Positions 1-9,209 of a DNA stretch of 64,000 nt are shown piece by piece. Positions within the stretch are counted from its first letter, which is position 1, and every line of letters starts with the position of its first letter. The stretch is from positions 2,660 to 66,659 of the forward strand of contig DATEDU010000396.1 of the NCBI GenBank assembly GCA_035281525.1, given 5' to 3'. This stretch comes from Pyrinomonadaceae bacterium. Its GTDB lineage: Bacteria > Acidobacteriota > Blastocatellia > Pyrinomonadales > Pyrinomonadaceae. The notes beneath the pieces were generated by a model, which had not been told where the DNA came from, did not search any database, and saw nothing but the letters and a program-made list of their open reading frames with translations. The position numbers and the translations under genes were made by a program.

Positions 1-158
1 ATAACGAACCGAGGTTTCCTTCCTTAAGAACTCCCGGAAGTACGACGTTGTTCTAATATTGCCTGCTTAAAAGAGTTCGATATAGCATAGCTGCCAGCCT
101 GCCGCGCGTTCGGCCCAGGGAGATATTCAGAATACGTAAGTTTCCCGCACAACTGGCG

Positions 159-1547
159 TTGGCATTGTTTACCGTTTTGCTTCCGCAGGTTGCCACTGTG
201 GTCTACGGATGTTCATGTCCTCCTATTCCTACACCATATGAGGCGTTTCAAAGAGCTGAAGCCGTGTTCGTGGGCAAGGTCATAAGCTCCAAAGACGTCA
301 CCTTCACCGAGCAGAATAGGCTGGGGAAGGACTATGACTACAAGGAGCGTCACTTTCGCTTTGTAGTAAACGAACTGTTGAAGGGCCCAAAAGACTCAGA
401 AATTGATATCAATGCAGGGAGAACTGACAGCAGTTGCTACGCTGGCTTCACCGTAGGTAAAACTTACCTGGTCTATGCAAGTGGTATTTGGCAGGCTCTC
501 TACACGGAAATGTGTAACAGATCGAGTTCAATTGCATCAGCGTATAGCGACTTGCATTTCCTTCGATCGCTTTTGAAAGGCACGCCTGAACCGCGTGTCT
601 ATGGTTCAGTGACTCGAACTGACCCCGACTTAACCAAGGAGAATTCTGGCCGGGTTACACCCATGGCAGGTGTGCGAGTCGTGATTGAAGGTGATAAACA
701 GAAATTCGAGACCGTCAGTGACAAAGGCGGTCTTTTCAGTTTTATCAACGTGCCGGATGGCAAATACACGATTCGGCCTGTGCTCCCTGATAACTACAGG
801 GCATATTACCCGGCCTCCGAAGAATTTGTGCTTACTTCGAACAAAAAAGAACGTCATCCGGCTATTCATTACGGCGCCAGCGCATATCTGGAGTTCAACA
901 TCGGCTGGAACAACGAGCTCAGCGGTAAGGTGCTTGATTCCGAGGGTAACCCTATTATTCGCGCTAAGGTAGCAATCATGGTTCGTCGCGGTGACTCTCC
1001 CATGCTTGTCCACGAGGAACGGTATGACCATCGTCCCCAAGGAAAATATTCCTTCTTGGGATTGACTCCCGGTAAGTATTTGCTGGCGGTGAAGATTAGA
1101 GCGCCATTTACCGATCCGAAGAAGTTATTTCAATTTTACTACCAGCAGGCCGAGGACTTGGGACAGGCAGACGAGATAACGATTGGTGAAAGTGAATCAC
1201 TTTTGGAGAGAGATATCAGGCTTCCGCCAGGATATGTTGTGCGTGAAATTGAAGGGACTGTTGTGTGGCCAAACGGCGTACCTGTACATCATGCATGGAT
1301 CTTTTTGGCTGCTGCACAGGACAGCGCCGACGATGATAAAAAATATGATTGGGAGAGCACAGACGAGCTCGGAAGGTTCTCGCTACAGGCATTCGTTGGA
1401 GCAACCTATTGGCTGCATGCAGCGGGCCCACTATCACTTGAGATACCACAAAAGCGCTCGACGGCGGAACCTATAAAAGTAACCGTGGGCCGAGTTAATG
1501 AGCCGTTGAAGATTGTGGTGCCTTTTCCAAAAACCCCTGAGCCATAA
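159..1547 (+). CDS. Secreted protein with N-terminal TIMP/NTR-like domain followed by carboxypeptidase-regulatory-like (CarboxypepD_reg) beta-sandwich repeats
   Basis: 462-aa ORF with a TTG start. A hydrophobic leader ending ...ATVVYG is followed by CSCPPIPTPYEAFQRAEAVFVGKV, which resembles the mature N-terminus of animal TIMPs. Further Cys residues lie at SSCYAGF and TEMCN. Later segments such as GVRVVIEGDKQKFETVSDKGGLFSFINVPDGKYTIRP are typical CarboxypepD_reg motifs. The leader lacks a basic n-region, so the start is uncertain. Confidence 0.7.
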   Translation: MALFTVLLPQVATVVYGCSCPPIPTPYEAFQRAEAVFVGKVISSKDVTFTEQNRLGKDYDYKERHFRFVVNELLKGPKDSEIDINAGRTDSSCYAGFTVGKTYLVYASGIWQALYTEMCNRSSSIASAYSDLHFLRSLLKGTPEPRVYGSVTRTDPDLTKENSGRVTPMAGVRVVIEGDKQKFETVSDKGGLFSFINVPDGKYTIRPVLPDNYRAYYPASEEFVLTSNKKERHPAIHYGASAYLEFNIGWNNELSGKVLDSEGNPIIRAKVAIMVRRGDSPMLVHEERYDHRPQGKYSFLGLTPGKYLLAVKIRAPFTDPKKLFQFYYQQAEDLGQADEITIGESESLLERDIRLPPGYVVREIEGTVVWPNGVPVHHAWIFLAAAQDSADDDKKYDWESTDELGRFSLQAFVGATYWLHAAGPLSLEIPQKRSTAEPIKVTVGRVNEPLKIVVPFPKTPEP

Positions 1548-1772
1548 TTTTCAGATCTGAGATTTGAGATTCATTCCCGCGTGCACCAGACGCGCTTATC
1601 TTTCAAACCTGTCTTTCAAACAAAAAATGTTAACGACAGTGCGGTCGCTCGTGTAAACTTATTGCCGCTCTGCCCAGAACTACCAGTGTCCAAACCAAAG
1701 CTATCGGCGACCCATTACGGGCTTCCTGAATCAAGACCGAAGCTATCGGACACTCCATTAGGAGGTTCCCAA

Positions 1773-2918
1773 GTGAGATACACGTTTGCCTTAGTCTCGG
1801 TTTTTGCATTAATCCTGCTCGTAGTTAGCCAGCCGTCCTCGGCGGAAAACACATTTACCCAACCGTCCGCAGCGGAAAACGCTTCAGCCAACCAGGACCA
1901 ACCCACAATCGCGAAAGACAGCGTGCAGGTGACCGCGTTCACGGTCAACGAATACAAGAAGAATTATGATTTTTGGAGCTGGCTCCCACGCACTGAGTTT
2001 CGCGTGAACGGTCCCATTCCCAGCGGCGGACAGCTCTTTGTTGAATTCTCAACGCCGACAGGTCTATGGGTGAGTTACGACTGCTCAACCCAAGAAACCC
2101 AACCGGGTTACTGGTGGAAAACTGAATGCGGTGGCCGGGACATCGGTGAGGAAAAAGCTTCCACATATACCGGACCGATCAACTTCGCAATAAAAATGAG
2201 AAATGAATTAGCCGGCACTAACATGACACTCTTCAATGGAAAGGCGAAAGTTGAGAAAGCCAAGGACAACGAATTCGGACCAAAGGCCGTGAACCATTGG
2301 GTTTACTTCATCAATCACGACTGGAACCTTCCGATCGGTTATGTCTGGCTCACTCCCTCTGATGTTTACGGCTGGAAGATGCCAAACTTCCATGTCGCTT
2401 TTTGGGTTCGCGGAGATGCTTACAAGATGGACCCGCATGTGTTCTATCAGGGTAAGGAGATTGGGCGGATTTCAATTGACGGCACCATCGCCGGAAGCGC
2501 AGGGTGCGGGACAGAAGTAGAGAACAATACGACACATTATGTCGAAGACAAATACCCGCAGAAAGCAAAGTGGGCCCGCGTCGTCTGTAACTTTCCGAAC
2601 ATCAAAGGCCACATCAAAGACGTCGAGAAACCTAGCACGTTCCCGGGTCAGGTTGGCGAGATTTTCTACCTTGCCGAGCATCCGGGCGAGTATGAGGTCA
2701 AAGTGCTGCGAAATAATAAGCTGGCGCGGTCGTTGAAATTCACTGTCGCTCCAGGCGGAAGTTTCGATAACGGGATCGCAAAGAACAGCAAACTTGGAAG
2801 CGATCGTGTGATTGTTCCAGTTCAGATAATTGGCGATCAGGATGGTGTTTGGGATCGGAACGCCTGGAAAGATTCTTTCTACGGCAATCCATTGACGGGC
2901 TTCACCGCATTGCCATAG
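1773..2918 (+). CDS. Hypothetical secreted protein
   Basis: Long ORF 1581..2918. I prefer the in-frame GTG at 1773, which is preceded by GGAGG (1761-1765) and followed by a signal-like VRYTFALVSVFALILLVVSQPSSA. No recognisable family. Confidence 0.6.
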   Translation: MRYTFALVSVFALILLVVSQPSSAENTFTQPSAAENASANQDQPTIAKDSVQVTAFTVNEYKKNYDFWSWLPRTEFRVNGPIPSGGQLFVEFSTPTGLWVSYDCSTQETQPGYWWKTECGGRDIGEEKASTYTGPINFAIKMRNELAGTNMTLFNGKAKVEKAKDNEFGPKAVNHWVYFINHDWNLPIGYVWLTPSDVYGWKMPNFHVAFWVRGDAYKMDPHVFYQGKEIGRISIDGTIAGSAGCGTEVENNTTHYVEDKYPQKAKWARVVCNFPNIKGHIKDVEKPSTFPGQVGEIFYLAEHPGEYEVKVLRNNKLARSLKFTVAPGGSFDNGIAKNSKLGSDRVIVPVQIIGDQDGVWDRNAWKDSFYGNPLTGFTALP

Positions 2919-2933
2919 AAGACAATAAAAGTC

Positions 2934-3037
2934 TGTAGGGGCGTATAAAGTCTGGAGTCGCGAGTCTGGAGTCTAGAGTCGCGGACTTCAGACTCCAGAC
3001 TCCAGACTCGCGACTCCAGACTCTATACGCCCCTACA
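2934..3037. repeat. Long inverted repeat (hairpin) built from GGAGTCT/GAGTCGC tandem units, between convergent genes
   Basis: Left arm tgtaggggcgtataaagtctggagtcgcgagtctggagtctagagtcgcgg pairs with right arm cagactccagactccagactcgcgactccagactctatacgcccctaca, with about one mismatch. It starts 16 nt after the stop at 2918 and ends 21 nt before the stop at 3058. Confidence 0.9.
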
Positions 3038-3057
3038 AATAACACGATAATTGCATC

Positions 3058-5274
3058 CTACTTCGACTTGTATTGGAAGGTCACTCTCGTCTCCTCTTCC
3101 ATCACAAGTGGCCGGACGAAGCGATACGACTTGCCCGCGCGCGGCACGTCCACTCTCACCGGGAGAACGCCTGCCACCTTTCGTTGAAGATTAAATACGT
3201 TCTGCGATGGCGCAGTCATTTGAGCCTCCCTGGCCTTACGCGCCTGCTGTTCGAACCTCCGCACCTCACGATCCGAAATACCACCGCCCGTGATTTGAAC
3301 CGTCTCAGTTACGCCGGCGACCTGAAGCGTCGTTCCCAAACGCGCCGGTTGCGAAGCCGACAGTTCCAGATCGTGCTGAGTGTTCATAAACCCCGGCGAT
3401 CCAATCGTGACTCTGACCGCGCCAGGCTGCATGCCTAAAACCGTCCATAGTCCTTCGCCATCAGTTCTCGCATTCAGCGTCACTCCAGTTTGAGTGTTGA
3501 TTACGCTAACCGTTGCGTTAGGCACTACCGCGCCATTCGGGTCAACTACGATTCCGCCGATTTGACCAGCTGCTAATTCACTGAGCTCAACGCCGTCAAG
3601 CGCCCAAACACTTGAATCAGTCCCGGCACCTTCAACGTCCAACGCAAGAACATTCTGTGCCGCTGCCGGAAAGAGCTCAGCCGCAAGCGCGTTCCCGCGG
3701 AACTGTTTGACCTCGAGCCGATCCGGCAAAGAGACTTCCCACGTTAACAAGTTGATCGGCACGTCCAACTTAGGAAGTCCCATTTCGTATGAGCCGCTCT
3801 TTGCAAAGCGAGTCCCGGCGCCCGTATACACGAACGACACTGTGTAGGCTCCGGAGGGAGTGAACCCAGTACGCATCAGTGGAACACGATTACCGTCTGG
3901 TCCAACAACCGGTTTGACTCTTTGACCTTCAACTTCAGCCGACACCAAAGTCGCACCCGGCGGTAACTCAACTTTGACAAACGGTTGCGCATGATTCCTT
4001 ACACGCAGTGTTACTTCGGTCAGAGACTTTCCTTCCACATTCATCAGAGTGGTGATAGTGGCGCGTTCGGCGAGGGCTGACAGCACCCGCGCATCGGGGA
4101 ATTGGGTCCACTCGAGTTGAAGTTTGGGCGAGTCGGTTGCACGGCGATTGTAACGAAACGCCGCCTGCAATGGATAACGAGCAAGGGAACGCGCGATCGC
4201 ACTTGCTTCACGTACGTCCATGCGTCGCAACCCTCCACTCTCAGTCGGAACCAACTCCATTGCACCAATGCCTTCAACCAAAAGCTCGCCGGTTTCGCGT
4301 TGTGTGCCGGTGAAGGAAAGCACTGGCGCGTCGACTTTGGACTCGCGATTGGAACGTTCGATCGCGACCAGGAATTGATGGTTGCGACGAGTTGGTTCAC
4401 GCACGTTGAGAATCAACACGCCTGCATCTGTTCGACTCGAATCGAGCGTGCTGCCGGTTACCTCAGTCAACTCAAAGCCGGCGGGTAGCGGCAACCTGAA
4501 TTCAACTGGCTCGCCTTGGACCACCGTCACGTCGCATAGAGCCGCAATGCGCTGTTGAGAATCGCCGACCGATACGACTGACTTGATGTCCGAAAGAAAA
4601 CGGACTTCGCGTTGAGCTACGGGCGCGGAAATCTCTCTCGTGGTCCACCAAACTTTCGCCGGTTTGCCAGGCTCGAGCGTCGCCTCGACAATCGTGCGCC
4701 CGTTTGCCGTATTCCGGCTTGTGATCAGTCCCGGTTCGACTCGCACATCGGCGTGATTGCCGGCGAGGTCGAGAACAAGCAGCGAACTGCCCGCTGCCGG
4801 GACAGGCACGACAAGAGAAGCACGTCCGGCTTCCACGGCTAAAGCTGCAGCTACGCTCAGCGACACCGAGAACCGCCCTGGGCCATTCAAGATCGCCGCA
4901 TGACTCAATCCTTCCTGCATTAGCGGCAGGGGACTCGTGGCTTGGCGTGCTTCAAGAAGTGTGAGTCCCGTTGTAAGTGGAACCTTGGTCGCTCTCTTAT
5001 CGAGAACCATGCCATCGATATCTACCGCGCCTGTGACGCGCTGGTCTTCAACGCGCAGTTTGAATGCGGCTTGCGACAACACGAATGGAACCGGCGGCGC
5101 ATCGGGTGTCTTTGGCTTGCGCGCCGCGAGCTCGATCAGGCGGTTATATTCGGAGAGTGACAATGTGACTGTTCCGGCCGCAGCGGAAGATGGGAGAGCC
5201 ACATCCGTTGGCGAATTTCGTTGGCCGTACGCAGCAGTTGCCAGCACCAATATCAGGATTATCGATATTCTCAT
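3058..5274 (-). CDS. Large secreted hypothetical protein with C-terminal carboxypeptidase-regulatory-like domain (paralog of 5271..7151)
   Basis: 738-aa ORF. Signal peptide MRISIILILVLATAAYGQ. CarboxypepD_reg-like segment GGIVVDPNGAVVPNATVSVINTQTGVTLNARTDGEGLWTVLGMQPGAVRVTI. Its ATG overlaps the stop of the upstream gene (ATGA at 5271-5274). Confidence 0.8.
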   Translation of the reverse strand: MRISIILILVLATAAYGQRNSPTDVALPSSAAAGTVTLSLSEYNRLIELAARKPKTPDAPPVPFVLSQAAFKLRVEDQRVTGAVDIDGMVLDKRATKVPLTTGLTLLEARQATSPLPLMQEGLSHAAILNGPGRFSVSLSVAAALAVEAGRASLVVPVPAAGSSLLVLDLAGNHADVRVEPGLITSRNTANGRTIVEATLEPGKPAKVWWTTREISAPVAQREVRFLSDIKSVVSVGDSQQRIAALCDVTVVQGEPVEFRLPLPAGFELTEVTGSTLDSSRTDAGVLILNVREPTRRNHQFLVAIERSNRESKVDAPVLSFTGTQRETGELLVEGIGAMELVPTESGGLRRMDVREASAIARSLARYPLQAAFRYNRRATDSPKLQLEWTQFPDARVLSALAERATITTLMNVEGKSLTEVTLRVRNHAQPFVKVELPPGATLVSAEVEGQRVKPVVGPDGNRVPLMRTGFTPSGAYTVSFVYTGAGTRFAKSGSYEMGLPKLDVPINLLTWEVSLPDRLEVKQFRGNALAAELFPAAAQNVLALDVEGAGTDSSVWALDGVELSELAAGQIGGIVVDPNGAVVPNATVSVINTQTGVTLNARTDGEGLWTVLGMQPGAVRVTIGSPGFMNTQHDLELSASQPARLGTTLQVAGVTETVQITGGGISDREVRRFEQQARKAREAQMTAPSQNVFNLQRKVAGVLPVRVDVPRAGKSYRFVRPLVMEEETRVTFQYKSK

Positions 5275-7151
5275 TTCGCACCTCGCTTTCGATCGCGTTG
5301 GAAGTCGAGCTCTACCACTGGTGTTTGGTTCTCACTCGTCAATTCCGAAACAAGAAAGACGGAAGGACCAAAATGCGGGAAGGCTACGCGGATTGGAAGA
5401 TTGCGCGCCGGTTTGGATGGCCGTTTTCCGTCGCCATGATGGGAAAGCAGTTGCTTAGCAGCATCCGCGACCGTCGGTTGGACTGCACTTTCAATCGTCG
5501 CTGAATTGCCGCCGCGCAGGACAGCCGATTCCGGCGAACGGAAAGGCTCAACACGGAAGTTTCCCGGAACCATGTTGATGCGAAAGAGAGGCGAGTGATG
5601 CAGCACTAGATTTGATTTGGAGATAGGAAGATCGACTGCGACTAACGAAACTCGAGCATGACCTTTGTCGACCCACGGCTGGCTGCGATCGAGGTATGCC
5701 ACTTCAACAACAAATGCAGCGGCATCTTCCCCCGATCTCGTTTTTTCCAATGGCAGCAACAACGAGCCATCCTGAGCACGTCCCGGTCTGATTGGGCGAC
5801 CGGTTACTGATGCACTCCACAACACGGCCGTCGCGGGAAGGTTGAGCTTGAGAAAGTTGCGCTGATTGTTGCGCACCGCGAACCGGCATTGGACCAGCAT
5901 CTTTCCGTCAGCAGCGATTAATGCGTTGTACTGCGCTTCTTCGATGTTTGCTGTCAGCACCGCTTGCGGCGTGTACCGCGCAATATCGACCGACAGCGTT
6001 CGTGACGATTTCCCTTCGGCTGGCGGAAGGCGATACGCGATCATCGAGGGCGAATGCCTGCTTGCGATCAGCCGGCCCAATTCTGAAGCTTCCGCTTCTT
6101 CAAGCCCGCTTGCCTGCCGATCCTTGATCTCACCTGCACCGAGAACCTCTACGGCTACGCCGCCAGTTTCGCGTTCAGCCCCGGGCAGACGGATCAGCGG
6201 CACGTCAAGTTTGCCCGCGCGTGGCAATCGCAACTCTCCACTCAAAGTGAATCGAGCTGTATCCAGCACCGGTTCGATGAAGACGACCTTCAGATCTCGT
6301 GCGGTCACTTCCCAATCAGCAACCGTTGCTCCGGAAACCTGATTCAAAGTGAACTGGTCGGGCAGCTCTACATGGATTTCCTGCGCCAGACCTTGAACCA
6401 CGTCGACTTGAACTTCGGCATTGATTTGAGTTGCGTCCTCACCCAACCCCACCAGCTCGGTGACGGTGCCTCTCAGCCTGAGCGGTTGCCGCGCTCGTTC
6501 ATCATCGACTTTGCGCCGCCAGGCGAATGTCAGCGGCTCGTTGCCGCGACCATTTGCGACCCAACGGCTGGCACCTGAATTTTCCGAATGCTCCAGCAGT
6601 AGCCCGCCGCTGACGTTGACTTCGATTCCTTGGCGCGATAACTCAACTGCTGCTCGCGAGACGGCTGAGTTGCTCACCGGTAACTTTAAAATGTCCGTTC
6701 CGGCAACAGTTTTGACGGGCGCCACGATCTTCAGAGTTATGACTGAGCGGCCCGTTCGCGAGAGAAGCAGCTCCCCACCGGCAGGACCCGTTTCTTTAGG
6801 GCGCGAGACCAGTGTCACTTCGCGACCATCGAGTTGCGCCTCGCGGACCATCAAGCCCTCGGGCATCGCTAACGTCACCCAACCATCCTTGATCACATCG
6901 ACTGTTAATCGAGCTTCACCCGAAGCGATGTCACCGTCGACTTTGAGGTCGTAGTCGATTCGGGTCAGAGTGGCTTCGACGGGAGGCGACTCAGGTGGTG
7001 AATCAGCAGGAACTGCAGCGCGCTTCAGGGCTATGTATTCGGAGACTGGAAGCACGACCCAGCCTGGTGTAGGTGACGTTGTGTTCTGGCCTAGAGCGTT
7101 AGTGCCGGCAAATAGAAAAGAGAGTGCCAGGCAGATGCGGAATAGTTTCAT
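5271..7151 (-). CDS. Large secreted hypothetical protein (paralog of 3058..5274)
   Basis: ORF 5271..7265. I prefer the internal ATG at 7151 (MKLFRICLALSFLFAGTNALGQ signal peptide), preceded by AGGAG. It shares N-terminal architecture with the downstream gene (VSEYIALKRAA vs LSEYNRLIELAA, and similar later blocks). Confidence 0.8.
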   Translation of the reverse strand: MKLFRICLALSFLFAGTNALGQNTTSPTPGWVVLPVSEYIALKRAAVPADSPPESPPVEATLTRIDYDLKVDGDIASGEARLTVDVIKDGWVTLAMPEGLMVREAQLDGREVTLVSRPKETGPAGGELLLSRTGRSVITLKIVAPVKTVAGTDILKLPVSNSAVSRAAVELSRQGIEVNVSGGLLLEHSENSGASRWVANGRGNEPLTFAWRRKVDDERARQPLRLRGTVTELVGLGEDATQINAEVQVDVVQGLAQEIHVELPDQFTLNQVSGATVADWEVTARDLKVVFIEPVLDTARFTLSGELRLPRAGKLDVPLIRLPGAERETGGVAVEVLGAGEIKDRQASGLEEAEASELGRLIASRHSPSMIAYRLPPAEGKSSRTLSVDIARYTPQAVLTANIEEAQYNALIAADGKMLVQCRFAVRNNQRNFLKLNLPATAVLWSASVTGRPIRPGRAQDGSLLLPLEKTRSGEDAAAFVVEVAYLDRSQPWVDKGHARVSLVAVDLPISKSNLVLHHSPLFRINMVPGNFRVEPFRSPESAVLRGGNSATIESAVQPTVADAAKQLLSHHGDGKRPSKPARNLPIRVAFPHFGPSVFLVSELTSENQTPVVELDFQRDRKRGAK

Positions 7152-7419
7152 TGTAGTTCTCCTGAATAGGTTCCTCGTGCCACTGGACGCGATACCCACC
7201 CGCAACTGCGGGTGGTTCTGACAGGGCACACTTCGAGGTTCACGGCAAACTTCAGGTTTTGCCATCGTGGGCTAAACGTAGTTTGGTTTTCGAATCGAGA
7301 CCGGCGTTGGTCTCAAGTTTTTTGTCTTATCTGACCATGCGGGGGAGACCGCGCGAGGTGTCTTGTCGGGCCTAAGATGCACGAAATCCGAAAAAAGGTA
7401 GCTTCGAGGCGCTGCTCAA

Positions 7420-8424
7420 TTGTTTCTCAGGCCTCTCGTCTTGCTTGATCACAAACTCCAAGCTAGCCTAGTCGCTATGCAAAATGCCTTTGCATTGCTC
7501 GTATTGCTCCAGGGAGAGACGCTGAGGAGCATCTGGTTCTATCTCAATCGCAAGCTCTCAATAGGGAACTTCCAGGTCTCAATAACGAGTCTGCTGGTGG
7601 GCCTGGCAGTCTTCGTCATCACCCTGCTGGTTGCACGCTCCGTTAGCGCAGTGCTCCAACGCCGGATCGATCGTCGCGAGAATCTCGATCCGGGAATACG
7701 CTACACGATTGTCAGGCTGACAAATTATCTCCTCATCACCATCGGCTTACTTATCGCGCTCAAGCAGGCTTTCAATATCGATTTGACTTCGATTGCGGTC
7801 GTCTTCACAGCTCTATCGGTTGGTATTGGCTTTGGCCTGCAGTACATCGCCGCTGACATCGCGTCCGGCTTCATTCTGCTGTTCGAACGTCCCATTCGCA
7901 TCGGGGATCGCGTCACGATCGATCAGGACGAAGGCGATGTGCAGAGCATCAGGCTACGGACCACGATCGTTTACACGAATGACCGCATTGCGATCATCGT
8001 TCCGAATTCCCGTCTGGTGAGTCAGCGAGTCATTAATTGGTCCTACGGCGGCTCACGCGCCAGAATTCCAATACCTGTTGCTGTCGCTCCGAATTCGGAC
8101 ATTGATTTGGTAACCCGGACGCTATTGGAAGCGGCTGATGGGATAGATCGCGTGGCGACGGATCATCCACCCAAGGTTCAGTTCCTCCGGTTCGGCGACT
8201 ACTCGCTCGATTTTCGGTTGTTGGTTTGGACGAGTGAGCCGAGCCGCCACCCGCAGATCCGCAGCGACATCAATTACCGCATTGCCCGACTGTTCCGCGA
8301 TCGTGGGATTGAGACTGCGCGACCGGTGCAGGAGCTTCGGATGGCGTCATTTCCCATGTCGAATGACAGTACGGCCAACTTAATGTCCGAGGAACGCTCA
8401 CCCACCAAGGAACAGCGCGATTAA
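7420..8424 (+). CDS. Mechanosensitive ion channel (MscS family)
   Basis: TM helices followed by IAADIASGFILLFERPIRIGDRVTIDQDEGDVQSIRLRTTIV, the MscS pore-helix/beta-domain signature. The start is uncertain; an alternative ATG lies at 7477. Confidence 0.85.
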   Translation: MFLRPLVLLDHKLQASLVAMQNAFALLVLLQGETLRSIWFYLNRKLSIGNFQVSITSLLVGLAVFVITLLVARSVSAVLQRRIDRRENLDPGIRYTIVRLTNYLLITIGLLIALKQAFNIDLTSIAVVFTALSVGIGFGLQYIAADIASGFILLFERPIRIGDRVTIDQDEGDVQSIRLRTTIVYTNDRIAIIVPNSRLVSQRVINWSYGGSRARIPIPVAVAPNSDIDLVTRTLLEAADGIDRVATDHPPKVQFLRFGDYSLDFRLLVWTSEPSRHPQIRSDINYRIARLFRDRGIETARPVQELRMASFPMSNDSTANLMSEERSPTKEQRD

Positions 8425-8469
8425 CTGAAAGTTTGCACAAAATTGCTGCTCAGTTTACGCTAGAAGCCC

Positions 8470-8491
8470 ACTGAGTGATTGTTCATTCAGT
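8470..8491. promoter_or_regulatory. Candidate TetR/FadR-type operator palindrome
   Basis: actgagtga-ttgt-tcattcagt is a near-perfect 9-bp inverted repeat, about 100 nt upstream of the TetR-acyl-CoA synthetase operon. TGAATGA-like half-sites. Confidence 0.35.
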
Positions 8492-8496
8492 CAGGT

Positions 8497-8588
8497 CATT
8501 GCCAATTGCCGATTGCTAAATGCCAATTGAAAAACAAGCATTTGGGATACGAATCTAATCGGCAATTGGCAATCGGCAATCGGCAAAT
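8497..8588. repeat. Inverted repeat of CAATTGCC/GATTGCC tandem units
   Basis: Left arm cattgccaattgccgattgctaaatgccaattg pairs with right arm aatcggcaattggcaatcggcaatcggcaaatg. It ends 7 nt before the ATG at 8595. Confidence 0.85.
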
Positions 8589-8594
8589 GACGTT

Positions 8595-9209
8595 ATGAGA
8601 TCAGCTCGAGCACTAAACTCCGTTCGGCCCGTCACTGGCGACAAGCGCGAAGCAATCCTACGCGCGGCCATCAGTGTGTTTGCTCATAACGGCTACTTCA
8701 ACTCTAAAGTCGCGGACATAGCGTCCGAAGCAGGCGTCGCCGACGGCACCGTGTATCTCTACTTCAAGAGTAAAGAAGAGATCCTTCATTCAATCTTTGA
8801 TCGCTCAGTCGAAGCAGCACTCGCGGAATTTCGTAGACAACTCAAGGACATCAGCGATCCCAGTGACAAGCTGCGGCGGATCGCGCTTTTGCATCTGGAA
8901 TGGCTGGGAGCAGATCGCGATTTGGCGGTCGTCTTTCAAGTGGAACTGCGAGGCTCGACCAAATTCATGGAAGAGTTCTCTGCTGCAGGTTTCGCTGAAT
9001 ACCTGGGATTGATTCGAGCCACGATCGAAGAAGGTCAGAGCGCGGGAGTATTCCGATCCGATCTGAATGCCAAGGTCGGCGCCAAGATCTTCTACGGTGC
9101 TCTCGACGAGATGGCGACCAACTGGATTCTCTCCAAACGCCGGTACAAATTGGCGCCGATGGCTGACCAAGTGCTCGATATTTTTCTGAATGGAGTTAGT
9201 ACGAAGTGA
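8595..9209 (+). CDS. TetR/AcrR family transcriptional regulator (FadR-like)
   Basis: N-terminal HTH ILRAAISVFAHNGYFNSKVADIASEAGVADGTVYLYFKSKEEIL. Its stop overlaps the start of the acyl-CoA synthetase gene (GTGA at 9206-9209). Confidence 0.9.
   Translation: MRSARALNSVRPVTGDKREAILRAAISVFAHNGYFNSKVADIASEAGVADGTVYLYFKSKEEILHSIFDRSVEAALAEFRRQLKDISDPSDKLRRIALLHLEWLGADRDLAVVFQVELRGSTKFMEEFSAAGFAEYLGLIRATIEEGQSAGVFRSDLNAKVGAKIFYGALDEMATNWILSKRRYKLAPMADQVLDIFLNGVSTK

Noticed and set aside
7297-7323. Terminator-like hairpin gagacc-ggcgtt-ggtctc followed by aagtttttt on the plus strand
   Set aside because: The stem is only 6 bp and no plus-strand gene lies upstream to terminate. It could belong to a small RNA or the MscS leader, but the sequence alone gives too little support.
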